Made by a program: the position numbers and the translations under genes
In this document: in pieces, positions 1 through 14,830 of the stretch
How positions within the stretch are numbered: position 1 is the stretch's first letter
Layout: each line of letters opens with the position of its first letter
The notes under the pieces: generated by a model
Seen by the model: only the letters and a program-made list of their open reading frames with translations
What the model was told of the DNA's origin: nothing
Databases searched by the model: none
Assembly: GCA_023213395.1 (NCBI GenBank)
Contig: CM041465.1
Span: 170,755,741 to 170,819,740 of the forward strand
Reading direction: 5' to 3'
DNA from: Cycas panzhihuaensis
Taxonomy: Eukaryota > Plantae > Cycadophyta
DNA: 64,000 nt

Positions 1-2108
1 ATTCTATTATGGGTATCTAAGTGATAGAACTATTGGGCGGTCCTTTGAGGATAGGTGGAGGTGGTGAGAAGATGCTAAGATGGTGAGCATCTGGATTGGG
101 CCACCCTGATCAAGGCCAACCTTAGGATGTATCTAGACCGGATTAAGGTATTTAGGCAAGGGGGATTTTCTTATTATACTTAGCTCTAGTGCTAGTTTTG
201 TGACCATTTTAGAAGAGTAGAATTGAGGAAAAGTCCCCAACTAGTGGTTGATATGGACCCTTCGGTTCATAGGTGGCCCATAAGGTTTTGGAGTTTGGAA
301 GGGACAAAGCAATTCAGTTAGAGCATGTTCACTATAGTACTTAAATAATTGGGGATGGATGACTATATTTCTAATCCATATAGGAAGGTGTAGTGGGATA
401 CAAATAAGGAGGAGGAGAAGCCAGAGTAGGCAGGTGGAAAGGAGGGTGGTAGGGAGGGAGGGCCAGCTAAGGAGGGAGAGGTTGGGAGTGGAGAAGAGGA
501 GGTGAGAACCTATGAGGGTGAGGTAGAAAAACATGATGATGGTATAAATCTCAACTTATCCCTTTTCCCTTTAAGCATAGCAATTGATATAGATTTCATT
601 TTTTGTTTAGATGAGTTTTGATTTAATATGATATTATGATGACTGATTATTATGTTATTTTGGATATAGGTAGACACTTCATGCTAGAGTTTATATGGTA
701 GATCATCAATGGGTTCTTTCCCATGGTCTATGTAGAAGGGCAACCTCCCATAGTAGACACTAGTGAGCCAACAACTACACGACCATATATGGTTGTCTTT
801 ATGCCTTTGGTTAGGGTATCAAAGATGTGGATAGCAAAGAGAGGTGAAATGTAAGCTAACATCAAGGAGTTAGAGGGTGGTCAAGGAGGGGCAAGGATAC
901 TCATGGCTATGTTGCTAATATAGCCAGTTCTAGAAGTTAAGACCAAAATAGCCATTTTAGAGACAAGACTAGTAGATATGATAAGGGAGAGGAACTATGC
1001 AAAGAGACTCCAAGTTAAGGCATAATAAAGATAAAATCATTTAATAGATTAGATGACTAAGAGGACACCACAGAGCTAAAGTCATACACACATGGCTACT
1101 CCCTAGTATAAGACACAAGATGAGGGGAGCGAGGCAGGGACATTATGATGTCCCAAGTCCACTTAAGTACATAGCCCTAAGACACTAAGGAGGGAGGGAC
1201 CATGAGAAAGAGGGGTAGAGACTATAGTTGGACATCTGAAACATCATAGAGCTTAGAAGAGGTAAGTTGGGCCTATAAGGATTAAGAAAAGTGTATTATA
1301 TAGCCCATTAGGTGATTATACACCATTGCAAGGATAATAACTCCCTCGATATGCTTGTTGTACACACATCCATTTTGATGATGATATATAAATTCATGGG
1401 ACCTGACTTGAACTTTCAACATTTGGTTCATACTCATGTTTATTATCACAGATGCATGTTGGTCACATCTAATTACTTAGAATAGAGTTTTGATTACTTG
1501 TGTACTTAATTGATCATGTCTTATGGATGGAATCATGGCACACATATAGAACCAAAAAATATAACCAAAGACTTAATGTAGCATGTGGAACTTATGAGAT
1601 ATAACTGAGGAGAACTAATTTATACTCATGGAGGAGTTTGATGCCCCATGGGGGAAGGTGGCTCTTAGTGGAGTGAATGGCACCATGATGGGCACGGGAT
1701 AAAATCACACCATAAGGGTATAAAACAATGAAAAATTAAACATCATTTATACTCTTTTCAGAGTAAAATGATGGTTTTAGGTCTCACTGAAGCATATGGC
1801 ACCTGATTGGATGCAAAGAAAGAAGCGCCCTATGGGTGCAAAGATAAAGGTAATAAATGATAATAGTTTATATTCATTTCAGAATGAAATAAAATAAAAC
1901 AACAAACAAATGAAGCTTATATAAATAATAAAAGAAAGTAGAGATTTTTTTTTTAGTTGGTTTTATGATCTCTTTTGTTTTTTTGAATAATATTAATAAG
2001 TGGCAATTTATACTTATAACAGAGTATAATCTAATTAATTCTTATCGAGGAGTATGCTGCTCGCATGGGAAAAAACTCTACTAATGTCAAAGACCTAAAT
2101 GACATGAT

Positions 2109-2411
2109 TGTTAGCAAATAATATTCATTTTCTCTAACGAGTGTGCATCATGGCATTGGGACTTCGCGAAGCTGCCTCCATCCATCAATAACTGACCTAG
2201 GTAAAAGATACGTATTTTATATTCATTTTTTATTATTATTTGATTTGAAAAAAGATGTTAGTCAATGGCGAGCTAACCCAATGTCCTAACTATAAATACA
2301 AGGTGCAAATACTCAATGATGTTCTTTAACACCACCATTTATTGGAAGTTTTATTAATTTTTTATAATATGGAATGATTATATATTCTTCTCTATCCTCA
2401 TGTACTCTTCA
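2109..2411 (+). repeat. 5' LTR of copia A
   Basis: Direct repeat of 19943-20245; TATA-like CTATAAATA at ~2290; followed by the PBS. Confidence 0.95.
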
Positions 2412-3192
2412 TTTGGTATCAAAATGATCAGTCTTAGGTGTAATTGATTTCATAGCACATTATGACATATGGTAAGCTAATATAGAAAATATTTATTCAT
2501 TTTCTAAATCTTTCTTAATAGGTTTCTATAATTTATATTAAATATTTGGGTGATTTACTATATATGCTCCATATAATCAATATTCTTTTTCAAATTTATA
2601 TGGTATCTATAGGTAGATTCATCCCAATGCTCATTTGGAATAGTTTCATTGAACTTTCATTCAATTTTCTATAAGTTTTTAATTATTTTTTTAGCATTTT
2701 TTGAGGTTTTTTCAAAGACTTGATCTTCTGTAGGTTGGTGCACCTTCATCATCAAGTAGAATTGTATCAAGTGACTACTTGTTTGAATCCTTATTGAATC
2801 CTCTTTACACTGAAATAGACAGTTCTAAAAATTACCACTTCTACATTAAGATATTGCTCTCAGAAGTAGGGTCACTCCACTGCCCTACTGAAACCCCATT
2901 ACACAAGCTTGGAAATCAATCATTTTTCCTCGGTTGCTCATTGAATCATCCTAGAGTTGGATCACATGCCTACTAGTATCTACCTAAGACATTTCTCTAT
3001 GGTTTTATCTTTACTTTTTACACCAAACTCTCCATTTGGTCATACGACCTTCCACAAACCCTTACACCTAAACTCAAGTTTTTAACCCCTTTTTCTTTAT
3101 TTCTTTGATCTAAACCTAAGCACCCTTGATTGCTATCCTCCTAGGATCAATCTACAAAAGTTTTGGTGCCTCCATTAATCAATACAATGATT

Positions 3193-3249
3193 TGTACCTC
3201 CCCATCCTCGCATAGACCTATGCGTTTATATTTTTTCATAAATAAATAA

Positions 3250-3344
<95 letters not shown>

Positions 3345-4928
3345 TTTATTTAATTATTATAAAGCTTAATAAAATTTAATTTATTTTGATATCTTTTATG
3401 GTTAAACCCCCTTAGATCCCAGCCTAGGAGTCCTGTTAAGCCCATACAACCCTGTTTTCATTTACGAAGGGGTAGATTTTAAGGTTGAATAAATTATTTT
3501 TAATAATTTTAGATTTTAAGGGATTAAGTTACTTTTTATAATTTCTGGAGTTCAATAACACCCTTTGTAGGCCAACGATAGGTCCAATGTACTAACTAGG
3601 TGACCAAGGACTTGAGTGAAAAGGGCTTAAGCCCCCCCCTCCCCCTGCTTCTTTAGAGTTTTAACATAAGAGATAAGCTTAATTGTTTTGCTAATATCTT
3701 CCTACCCAGGAGTCTATTTTTTGAATGATTAGATGCATTGGAAAGTTAAATTCATGATCTATATATTGAAGTTATTTTCACACTGCTATTTTGTAGGTGT
3801 TTTAGGCTACTAAAGTTAGCCCTCTTGTTTAATCTTAGATTGAACTTCTTTCATTATTTTTAAGCAATTTATCAATTTTGTTCAAGTATATTTACATCAT
3901 ATTTATATACTGACCTATTTTTGGTAGTTTTCACTTTGAATTTTAAGGCTTATATATGTTTTTGGCTAAATATTATGTAGATTTACCCTTAAAAAATAAT
4001 GCAACCATTTAGATAATATTTTACAAACAAAGAGCTTTCTAACCCTTCATTTATTTTATTTTAAGCCTTCTATTCATTTTATTTCATTTCTAGCTCATTC
4101 ATTTTCATTTTAATGTTCATATTAAGCACATTTTAGTTCATTTAAAGGGTATTTTATTTCATTATTAAAGCTCATTTCAAAGTTCATTTAAAGCTCTTTT
4201 ATTACACTTCAAAGCTCATATAAAGTTCATTTTATTACATTTCAAACACTCATTTAAAAGATAATTTTATTTCCTTTTCATTTCATGTCATTATAGTGCT
4301 CATTTGTTTCATTTAGAAGGCTTGTTTTATCTAATATTTATGTTATTTAAAGGCTTATTTCATTTCATTCTTGTTATATTTTTCAAGTGGCTCTCATTTG
4401 CTATTAAAAGGAACCTTATGTACTACAAGACCACATCTAAAATCTATTTTCATATTAAAGAGATAATTTTCCAAACAAACACCCCTTTTCGAGCTTTGCA
4501 AGGGAAATGGTTAAGACCCTTAAGGTTTCTAGCCCCCATAAATCCTTGGTGTACTCATATTGGATGAGGAACACCATTGGATATTAGGTATAATAAGTGG
4601 CAAGCTGAGTTAAAGTACCCTATCTTTTTCAAGTTTAGAGACTAGGCTAGATGCAAGGAGATGAGTGCCCTAGTTTAAAAAGCTTTCACCACTAGATCTA
4701 TCGCTAAGTATAAGTCCAACATAGGTGGATCAATATATCAGAAGGGTCTTATACATTCTTAGCAGCCTACATACTAAGGTATATAAAGCCTGGTGCTCAT
4801 GTACTAGTATATTAAGTCCCTGATTTGCCACTTGTAGGCAGATACCACTAGAAAAGATAGTAACCAAAGGTTTCCCTTAGAGACCCACAAACTTAGAGCC
4901 TAACAACCTTTTTAGGTACTATAACACA
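3193..4928 (+). mobile_element. Probable solo LTR (Tat/Ogre/Athila-like, ~1.7 kb) inserted in the copia A 5' leader
   Basis: TGTACCTCCCC.. to ..ACTATAACACA termini. Flanks TGATT (3188-3192) / TTATT (4929-4933), a 4/5 TSD. Non-coding, with a ttcatt-rich interior. Confidence 0.55.
3255..3342. repeat. (TA)~44 microsatellite
   Basis: Perfect TA run preceded by (TAAA)n. Confidence 0.97.
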
Positions 4929-4986
4929 TTATTTTTAAAACTATTCTTGGGGTGAATATTTGAATAGACTTAATTTTTAAAACATA

Positions 4987-7900
4987 ATGGCTACAAACTT
5001 TGGTGACATGATCATTCCCAAGTTTGATGGATCAATTTTTTTGAATTAGAGTAGGAGGATGAGACCCATCCTTATAACTAAAGATATATGGGATATTGTG
5101 AAGACAAGGTATATAAAACTTGGTTAGAATTCCACTAAAGTAGAAAAACAAGCCTTTAAAGAATGAATGAAGTAGGACAATGAAGTATTAGCATTAATTT
5201 TTTGTGCCTTAGGAGATCATATCTTTCCAAGAGTTAGTAAGACATCAAAATCCAAAGAAACATGAGACATATTAGAGCTTATCTTTGAAGGAGTAACCTC
5301 ATTAAAACTTTAATTATTAAGGAGTAAATTTAAAAAGCTTAAAGATATTACCCAATGAGACCATGAATGTGTTTATAACAAAAGTTCAAGATCTTATAAA
5401 CCAAGTAGATCTCTTGGAGAAATCCTTACTGAACAAAGGGTTATGGAATGAATACTTAGGTGTGTTGGTGAAGTTAAAAGCTTTGAGATGATAGCCATAA
5501 GTATAGAGTTCTCTAAGGACCTAAGCATATTAAAGATAGAATAATTAAGTGCCATATTGATGGTTATTAAAGAAAAGAGAGGAATCAATAAATCCTTAGA
5601 ATATATTTTCACAATAAAGACTATAATCAAATCTAATACCCAAGCTAAAAGTTCAAGAACAAGGAATCAATCCCCAAGGGGGTGAGACAAGAATCCAAGA
5701 TAAGAGACATACTAAGAGCATCATCCTAGATACCAAGCTCCTCATAAAAGGAATCAAAGAGATAATCAAAGATACCTAAGTCAACATAGATATCAAATCT
5801 AAGAAAGACATGAAGAAGCTAGCCAATATTATCATAATTGCCAAGGCCATAGCAATTTTCAAAGGCCCAATTCAAATTATCCAAGTAATAGACAAAGAGT
5901 CAATTAAGACCCATACTTAGAAAGGGGAAGGACACCCTCCATGGATAGAGGAACTCCTTAAAACATGAGTCTAAGTCAAAGAGGAAGGGATACTATCCAT
6001 TGTATATATTATCCCAAAGTTGGCCATACTAAAGATAGATGCTTTACTAAAAATGGCCCTCTAGTAAGAGGAAGTGCTAATGTAGTTATTAAAAATAGAG
6101 AAAATGATCACATATTTTTATCAAGTCTAATTACCTATGAAGAAAAAGATTATTGCTATATAGACTGTGGTTGCTCTACATACATGACACATAAGGAAGA
6201 GATATTCTAAATTATTGATAGGTCTAATAAGGGCACAGTCATATTTGATGTTGATACATCACATGAATCTAGTAGAAGGGGTAAAGCCATCATCATAATA
6301 GATTTGGGAAAAAATAAATATCTTCATGATGTTCTCTATGTTCTAGCTCTTAAGAAAAATCTACTATCTATGGGAGAGATGATAGAACAGGACTATAAGG
6401 TTATGTTTGAAAATGATGAATGTCCTATTAAGGATAAAAAGAAAAATAAAGTTGTTGTTTCCAAAGGAAAGATGACTAGCGATAGACTCTTCAAGTTAAT
6501 CATGACCCCTTTGGATAACTATACATTGAAGATAACAATCAAGATAGATAGTAGCATGTAACATAAAAGGTTTATCCACTTAAACTATGGAATCTTATCC
6601 CTTATGCAAAAGATGAATATGGTAGAAGGTCTACTCCAAATTGAAGCTAACAAGGACATTCATAAGGGATGTCTCATAGGTAAGTAACATAGAAAAGGTT
6701 TTCCTGATGACAGCTATAGAGTAAAGAGGCCACTTCAATTAATTTACACATATCTTTGTGGTCCAATGGACATCCCATCTTTAGTAGGAGCAAAGTATTT
6801 CCTCACCTTTATCAATGATTATACAAGGAAGACATGGGTCTATTTTCTAAAATTTAAGTCAGATGCATTTCAATGCTGTGTAGACTTTAAAACCTTTATA
6901 GAAAAGTAAAGTGGCCATAAAATACTTTCTCTAAGATTAAATAATAAGGAAGAGTTTATTTCTAATAAATTTAATGCATATTATACCTACCATGGAATTA
7001 GAAGATAATAGATAAACCTTTACACTCCATAAGAGAATGGGGTTGTTGAATATAAAATTCACACCATAGTTGAAATGGCTAGGTACATGCTTAAAGATAA
7101 GAAATTAGGACATGAATTTTGGGCAAAAGCTATCCATACTATAGTTTATCTCCTAAACAAATGTACCACCAAATCCCTTAGGTGGATGACACCAGAAGAA
7201 GCATGGGCAGGTCACAAACCTAGCATTCATCACTTGAGAGTATTTGGATACCTAGCCTTTACTCACATTCCATAACAGAAAAGGACTAAACTTGATGACA
7301 AAAGTACTAAGTACATATTTATTAGGTATTGTGATGTATCAAAATCATATAAGGTGTATGATCCAAAGGAAAGAAAGGTTATTGTTAGCAAAGATATTGT
7401 GTTCAAAGAAGATGACTACTATTAACTAGATTATATCTTAGATAAATGCAAGAATATTATGATTAACTTTGATTCATCTCCAAGGTCTGTATATATGCCA
7501 CCTAGATAGGATTCAAGCCAAAATATTAATGTATCAAGGCCGAGCAATAAGGGAGCCTCCACTTAATCTCAAAGGTTTCCTAAATGGATCCAAAGAAGCC
7601 ATGACTTAGACAATATATTAGACAATAATTTTGATAAGAGATCTACTCGTTTAGGTTAAGTTAACTTTACCCTCATAAGTCAAGCGATGGAAGTCCATGA
7701 ACCCCACATTTTTAAAAAGGAAGATACTCATGATGAATGGAGAAAAGCTATGGAAGAGGAATATAAGTCTATAGTGAAAAATGATAGATGGGAACTTATT
7801 AATCTTCTTCCCAATAAAATAGTCATTAGAACCAAATGGGTCTATAAGACCAAGTTTAGATCTAATGGGTTCATTGACAAACATAAGGCTAGACTTGTTG

Positions 7901-8573
7901 CTAAAGGATATATATAAAGAGAAGGCATAGATTATAATGAAACCTGTGTCCCTACTACTCAGATGGAGACTATTCATATGATGTTATGTCTAGTAGCCTA
8001 AAAAAGTTGGGATGTTCACCAAATAGATGTTAAGAGCACCTTTCTCAATGGCTACATTGAAGAAGAAATATATGTTCAATAACCAAAAGGTTTTGAAGTT
8101 AAGGGAGTAGAGAATAAAGTTTATAAACTTAAAAATGACATTTTATGATTTGAAACAAGCACTTATAGCATGGTACTATAGGATAGATAAATATTTCATA
8201 GATCAAGGATTTAAGAGAACCTAATTAAATCCAAACCTATATATTAAAATTGAGGGATATTCCATATTGATTATGGGACTTTGTTTTGAAGACTTGATCT
8301 ATACAAGAAATGACTCTTATCTTTCTTAAAAGTTCAAGGATGACATGTACAAGGAGTTTAAAATGATAGACTTGGGGCTAATGCATTACTTCCTAGGATT
8401 GGAAGTTTGGTAAGATGATTATGGCATATTTATTTCCCAAAGGAAATATACCTTAGACTTACTGGAAAAGTTTAAGATGAGTGACTACAAGGCCTTGTCC
8501 ATACCAGTAGAAGTTGGAATCAAATTATCCAAACTTGATGATTCTACTCTTGTTGATCCTATATTATATAGAC
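4987..8573 (+). pseudogene. Copia A gag-pol, 5' part (gag, protease, integrase, RT)
   Basis: Starts MATNFGDMIIPKFDGS. Protease 'YIDCGCSTYMT', 'DVLYVLALKKNLLSMG'. Integrase 'MARYMLKDKKLGHEFWAKAIHT..TPEEAWAGHKP'. RT 'KWVYKTK..KHKARLVAKGY'. Copia domain order INT-RT. Confidence 0.92.
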
Positions 8574-9853
8574 TATTACATAACTCATCTCATTAAGTTA
8601 TGTAAAATACTATTATATGGAGAGCTATCAAGAGGTTAAGAGATAAGGTTAATTATGGAACTTCATATATGAGTCGATAAGCTAGCCAATGGTATGCAAG
8701 GCCACTATGTTGTCTAATTGAATGTAAGGCCACTTAGGCCACCAATAGGATTGCATGCAAAAGACCCCCTTTTGTTTATATAAGGGTTATAAATTGTAAA
8801 AGATGGTTAGCTTAATGTTACTTTTATAAAGATTATACCATGGTACTCTTTATTTTTAGTGATCAATTGGCACTCTTGTATTCTTGTGAGATTTTTTGAT
8901 GATTTGCTTACCCTATTAGTCAAACTAAAGTGGTTATAATTGTCATTATTTTTCTATCTTAAAGAGCACTTATGAGAGGATACATCCCAAGTGGTATCAA
9001 AGCCATGTTGCAATTGTGGGAAGTTGCCTAGAAAATTAATTTTCTTTTCCCTATCAGATTGAGTACTCTTTCTACCCCGGTAGAGATCGAGGAAATAACT
9101 TCGCTTAGCACTCTCTCCATAGAGATTGAGGAATGGTACTAGGACAATCCAAGAGTCATGAGGGAAGGCAAATTTCTTCTCCTAGGTAACATTAGTAATT
9201 TATATTTCTGCTTTTTATCTAGTTTTAATTTCATTTATGTATTTTAATTTCTATATTTAATTGTATCTCAAGGATAGATAATATTGTTGGGCAGCTACCC
9301 TTTCTCCCTACTACTTCTCTTTCTTGGGTAGATAACACTATCGGATGGCTACCTAAGTAGCTAGGTAGAGACCCTGTACTGGGGGTCTTTAAATATCATA
9401 GGGATCTATTATTCTAGCTAAGTACATCGTGGCTTTTTTGCACCTTACATGAAGGACTGGAGATAACACTCCTAAACCAAGGTTTAGACAGAACCTGACT
9501 ATGGAAGTGTGCCTCTACGTATCTTATGAGATATAAGAGGACTTTAGGTCCCAAGTCCTTCCTAGCATAGGCAAACTATCAACCATTGAAGTCTTGTAAT
9601 ATAGTGGTTAATAGTTAGTGTTATGAAGCTATCTGCCTTAAACTTTTATAGTTTATTAATAGGCCTATAAGACAAGCACACCTTATCTAGTGGTTGGTAG
9701 GATACTCTAATATATATATTCCACTTCCTAATTTAGATCACAAGTCACCTCATATTTTAGAAAAAAAAAGAAAAATAAATAAAATAAAATAAAATATTCC
9801 TCTTACTATCTGAACTTAGAACCTGTTAACATAGTCAAACTTACCATAGAAAG

Positions 9854-9856
<3 letters not shown>

Positions 9857-9890
<34 letters not shown>
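9857..9890. repeat. (AG)17 microsatellite in the gypsy B 5' leader
   Basis: Perfect AG run. Confidence 0.95.
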
Positions 9891-9894
<4 letters not shown>

Positions 9895-10342
9895 AAGAAG
9901 AACAAAAAAATAATAATAATAACTCCACTTAGTCAGTATTCATGGTATAAGTTCACAGCTAAAATATTACTCTTACAACTTATATACCTTATTTTGATCA
10001 GTACGTTGTACTGGTCAGTTTACACTAAGTTAGTACATATAAGTAATTTTTGCATTTTTTAGTACCTAGGTCACTGGTGGGCCCCACCATTCCCATCCCA
10101 CCCCTACACCTTATATATCCCATATGAATGAGCTTTTTGCACTTATTCAAGTGAACCTACTATCTTGCTTATGTAAATTTTTGGGACCAATAGGCTATAG
10201 ACACCCCATAATCTCCCTATTTACCCCCTTCTCTTACCCTTAACAACTCCCTAATTCTTACATTCTATTCTTTCTTGATCTTTCCTACTTCATTCATTCC
10301 CCCTTCTTTCTACTTATTCCTACCTCTTTACGCCCTTTCTTC

Positions 10343-13300
10343 ATGGCTCCTCTAAGCAATAGTGATAAAATCTATACACTCAAGACCCAAGTCACCAACA
10401 TTTAGGAAAAAATTAACAAGATCTAGACCACGTGCATGAGGAGGTTAAAAATGAAGTAGCTTATATATAGATAGAATTTCACATAAACATGTCAACCTTG
10501 GCATCTCAGTTTGATATATAATAGGTACTTTAATAGCTAAATAACATCGCTACTCAGTGACCAGTAACCTCTTTAATTAACACCATGCTATAGCAAACCT
10601 CAACTTTGCCCCCATGTTAGTAGTAACCATTTTATCATAAGATCAACATACCCATATTTAATCTGGATCTCAACAAGGATAATGTGCAAAATTGGATTAG
10701 TAAACTAGAGTCTTACTTTATACTCAACCTAATCTTAGTAAATGAACAACTTACATTTGCTTCCATCCACTTAGATGGGAAGGAACACCATTGGTTCCAA
10801 TGGTGGAAGTGGGAGTACCCTTTTAATTAGTCTTAGGCACACTTCTCTACCTATATTTTTGAGCAATATAAAGACACTTGGAACCAATCTTTTTTCACAT
10901 AACTGACACAGTTGAAACAAGTATCTTTTGTCGAAGTATACACTGATGAGTTCCAATCTTTACATAATCGAGTTGATTAGTAACTTAATAAACATACAAA
11001 TATAGATATGTATATGTATAGGCTTAAAGAATGCATCCAAATATGCCTAAATATGATATCCCTATCCATTCTAAAAGATGCAATCAACATGGCTAAAGCA
11101 GTAGAAGTAGAGTTTACCTCAAAAAGGCCTCCTCCATTCAAACGAGACTCCTCCTGGTTTCTATAATCCTGACAAACTGATACTTCTTGGTCCCAAAGAC
11201 CATGCCTAACTAACTACCAATGATCATTCCCACAACCAGATAACACACCATCTATATCTCTTAAGTAGTAAATCGAGGAACTATCCTCAAAGCCCATCTA
11301 CATCACTCCAGTAGAGGCATAACGTCATGAGGAAGTTGGTCTATATATACAATATTATAAAATATGGAGTCACGATAGAATCTGCAAAGTCAAGAAAATG
11401 GTCTTTATAATTAACCTAGACTTATCTTTAAAGGATGACCTTGAGACCAAGCATGACTATGATGATGAATCCTAAGACCACTCTACTGATGCGTTGCCTC
11501 CAAATCCTAAACCTGAAGTTTTCTTATCAGTTGTTACCTCCACCACATATCCTGAACCACTCCAAGTCAAAGGAATACTTTGAAAAACCCCAATCACCAT
11601 TTTGATCAATGGTGGCGTGCCACTAAATTTTATCGATATATCTATTACTTGAAAGTTAAATCTTTACATAGAACCTGAAATAGGCTTTGCCTACTCTTTA
11701 CCTGGTCATCACACCTTTCACTATACAAGAATAATAAAAAACCTCACAGTTCATATTGGCTCATATACCCTTGTCTCTGATTTTTATACCTTGTCCATAG
11801 GTGGGTCAGATGTAATTCTCGATGTACAATAGATCCAGACTCTAGGAACTTATAACACCAATAACTCACCTATAGTCCCATTCATTATGTTCAAAGATCA
11901 CATGGGTTATTCACATAAATTTTATGGGATGTAAACCCTCTCAAACAAAGTAATCTCACCCACTTGAATGTGCCAACAACTCAATGGGAATATAGGATAC
12001 ACTATTCATCTCAACCATATCTAGGCCCCTCCTAGTATTCACCCTGATATCTAGTAAGTATTAGAATGATACCAATCTATATTTACCCTATTACTTGCCA
12101 ATCCCCTGCCTAATCAAAGTTGTTATCATACTATTGAGTTATAAAATTCACATGACCTGATTAGTCTTCAATCATATAGGAACTTCTATTTCTAAAAGAT
12201 TAAATCAAAAAAATCACCAAGGAATTGATGGACATGGGCATCATTAAACCTAGTAAAAGCCCATATGTTGCAACCATCATTCTAGTTCACAAAAAGGATG
12301 GTTATTTTTGACTTTACGTTGATTATTATGTGCTCAACAAAATCATCATAAAAAATAAGTTCCCCATGCTATGAATCGATGATATGTTAGATGAGATCCA
12401 TGGTGCCACAATTTTTACTAAACTTAATTTATAGTCAGGATATTACCAAATCTCCATCTTGCCAGAGGATAAATATAAAATAGCTTTCTAAATCTACCAT
12501 GGCCACTTTGAGTTCCAGGTCATGCCTTTTGGCCTATATAATGCGTTGGCTACCTTCCAGGGCCTCATGAATATAATATTTTCCCCATACTTGTGAAAAT
12601 TTATCATTGTCTTCTTTGATGATATTCTTATTTATAGCTCAAACATGCTTGCATATATCCTACATCTAGAAATGGTCTTTTAAATCTTGGCTAAGGATAA
12701 ATTATATGCTAAACTCTCTAAATGTGAGTTTGGGAAATCTGAACTATAATACCTTAGTTATATTATATCCTTTGTATGGGTTCAGATGGATTCTAATAAA
12801 ATTTCTATCATCACCAATTAGCCATCCCAAAAACCCTTACCTAATTGTAGGCTTTCCTAGGGCTTACCAGATTTTATCATCAGTTCGTTCAAAATTATGC
12901 CACCCTAACCACCCCTTTACCCCACATACTTAGGAAGGATTCCTTTTAATGGTCTCCCTCAGCTAATTAGGCCTTCCTCCATCTAAAGGAGGTTATGATA
13001 ACCACCCCAGTTTTGGCCTCACCTGACTTTACTCATCCATTCTAATTAGAATACAATACCTTTAGGTTTAGACTAGGTGCAGTCTTAATGCAAGACTTCC
13101 ACCCCATCATTTTTAAAAGTTAAAAACTCAAAGATCATGAGTGTAAACTATCTACCTATCAAAAAGAAATGCAAGCCATCCTTCACGTTGTTGACAAATG
13201 GTGACAGTATCTACTTAGTTCTAAATTCATTATCCTCATGGATCATCATAGCCTTCATCACTTATTAGATCAACTAGTCCTCTTGCAAGAGGAGGCTAAA

Positions 13301-14830
13301 TGGGTCGATCACCTTTAAATTTTTGACTTTACAATCATATATAAAAAGTGAAAAGATAACATTATGGAAGATGCCCTCTTGAGGCTACCTTTCCCTACAC
13401 TTTACTATAACACCTATCACACTAAGGACCCTACCATTCATGTAATTTCTTCCCCATAACTTACATGGATACAGGACTTAGCCATGGCTAACTAATCCCA
13501 ACTAGATTTCTCACACTGGGCTAATAAGTTCCATACTCATAAGGATTGGTCCATCCATAACAATCTTCTCTTATACTAAAATTACATATTTGTACACCCC
13601 CACTCAGCTTTTATTCTTTGAATTTTATTAGAATATCATTCTTCCCCTCTTGGTGGCCATTTTGGTTTTGATAAAATTTATCCTAGGATATAATCTGACT
13701 TCTTTGGGCTAGAAATAAAATCCACCATCCTTACCTTTATCTCTAAATGTGACACATGCCAATGTAACAAAGCTGATACGGAATCCCAACTAGGTCTCCT
13801 TCAACCTTTCCACATCCCACAAGGTAAAAGGCACGATATTACCATGGAATTTATAATAGGCTTTTTATTATCTATCAAATTTGACTCTATTTTAGTAGTC
13901 ATAGATAGGTTGACAAAATATGCCTCCTTCTTACTTATCCACACAACCTATAAGGCTCCACGTATCACTCACATTTACATCCAAATAATATTTCACTTGT
14001 ATAGTTTTTCATCCACTATCGTATATGACTGAGATCCTAAATTCACTAGCTCCTTCTAGTAGGAGTTATTTTATACCTTAGGAACATCATTTAATATGAT
14101 CTTGGCATACTATCCATAGACTAATGGCCAATCAAAGGTCCCTAACAAAACTCTAGAGACCTACTTACGTTGCTTTGCATTTAACCACCTGTCTAAATAA
14201 ACATCATGGCTATCTTTAACTGAGTATTGGTATAACTTCTCATATTATTTAGCCATTGAAATGTCCATATTTTTGGCTCTTTATGAGTATCCCTTATTGT
14301 CCCACCACACCTTAGCTACCAACCTCTACATGATAGCAATTTAATAAAAATTATAGCACATGGATCAAATTCTCCACACCCTTAAACAAAGCCTATCTAT
14401 GGCTCAGAATCAAATAAAATAATTAGTAGATTGCCACCATTTTGATTGCTTCTTTAATATTGGTGATCTTATATTCCTTTGTTTACAACGTTATAAGCAG
14501 CAATCCCTTCACTATCATAAGAACCATAAACTTAGCCCTCAATATTAAGGCCCCTATAAAGTCCTTAAATGTATTGGTGAAGTCACATATACTCTCAACC
14601 TTCCTTCCACCACCAACATCTATAATGTTTTTTACATATCCTATATCTAAAAGTATCTAAGCAAAACCCACGTCCCCCAGAAAACCCTACCAATTTTGGA
14701 TCAGTCCATTTTAGAATATTTAATATAGTGGGCAGGTTGTAATTTTGACAAAGCAACTTGGGAATCCAATGATTTTATCAAGAAGCACCTGCATCTCAAA
14801 TGCCTCAAGGACTCAACATCTCAAGGGAGG
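10343..14830 (+). pseudogene. Gypsy B gag-pol pseudogene (gag-PR-RT-RH-INT-chromodomain remnant)
   Basis: PR 'ILINGG..NFI' ~11600. RT '[12 protein letters not shown]', 'FFDDILIYS' ~12500-12640. INT 'MEFIIG..DSILVVIDRLTKYA' at 13844. Chromodomain-like 'EYLI*WAG..KATWES' ~14713-14770. Confidence 0.92.

Noticed and set aside
241-534. 97-aa Leu-rich 'membrane protein' ORF
   Set aside because: Artefact of a purine-rich, low-complexity strand in retroelement sequence.
8592-8618. 27-bp indel between the LTRs of element B as a separate insertion element
   Set aside because: Too short, with no TSD or terminal repeats; most simply a deletion in the 3' LTR.
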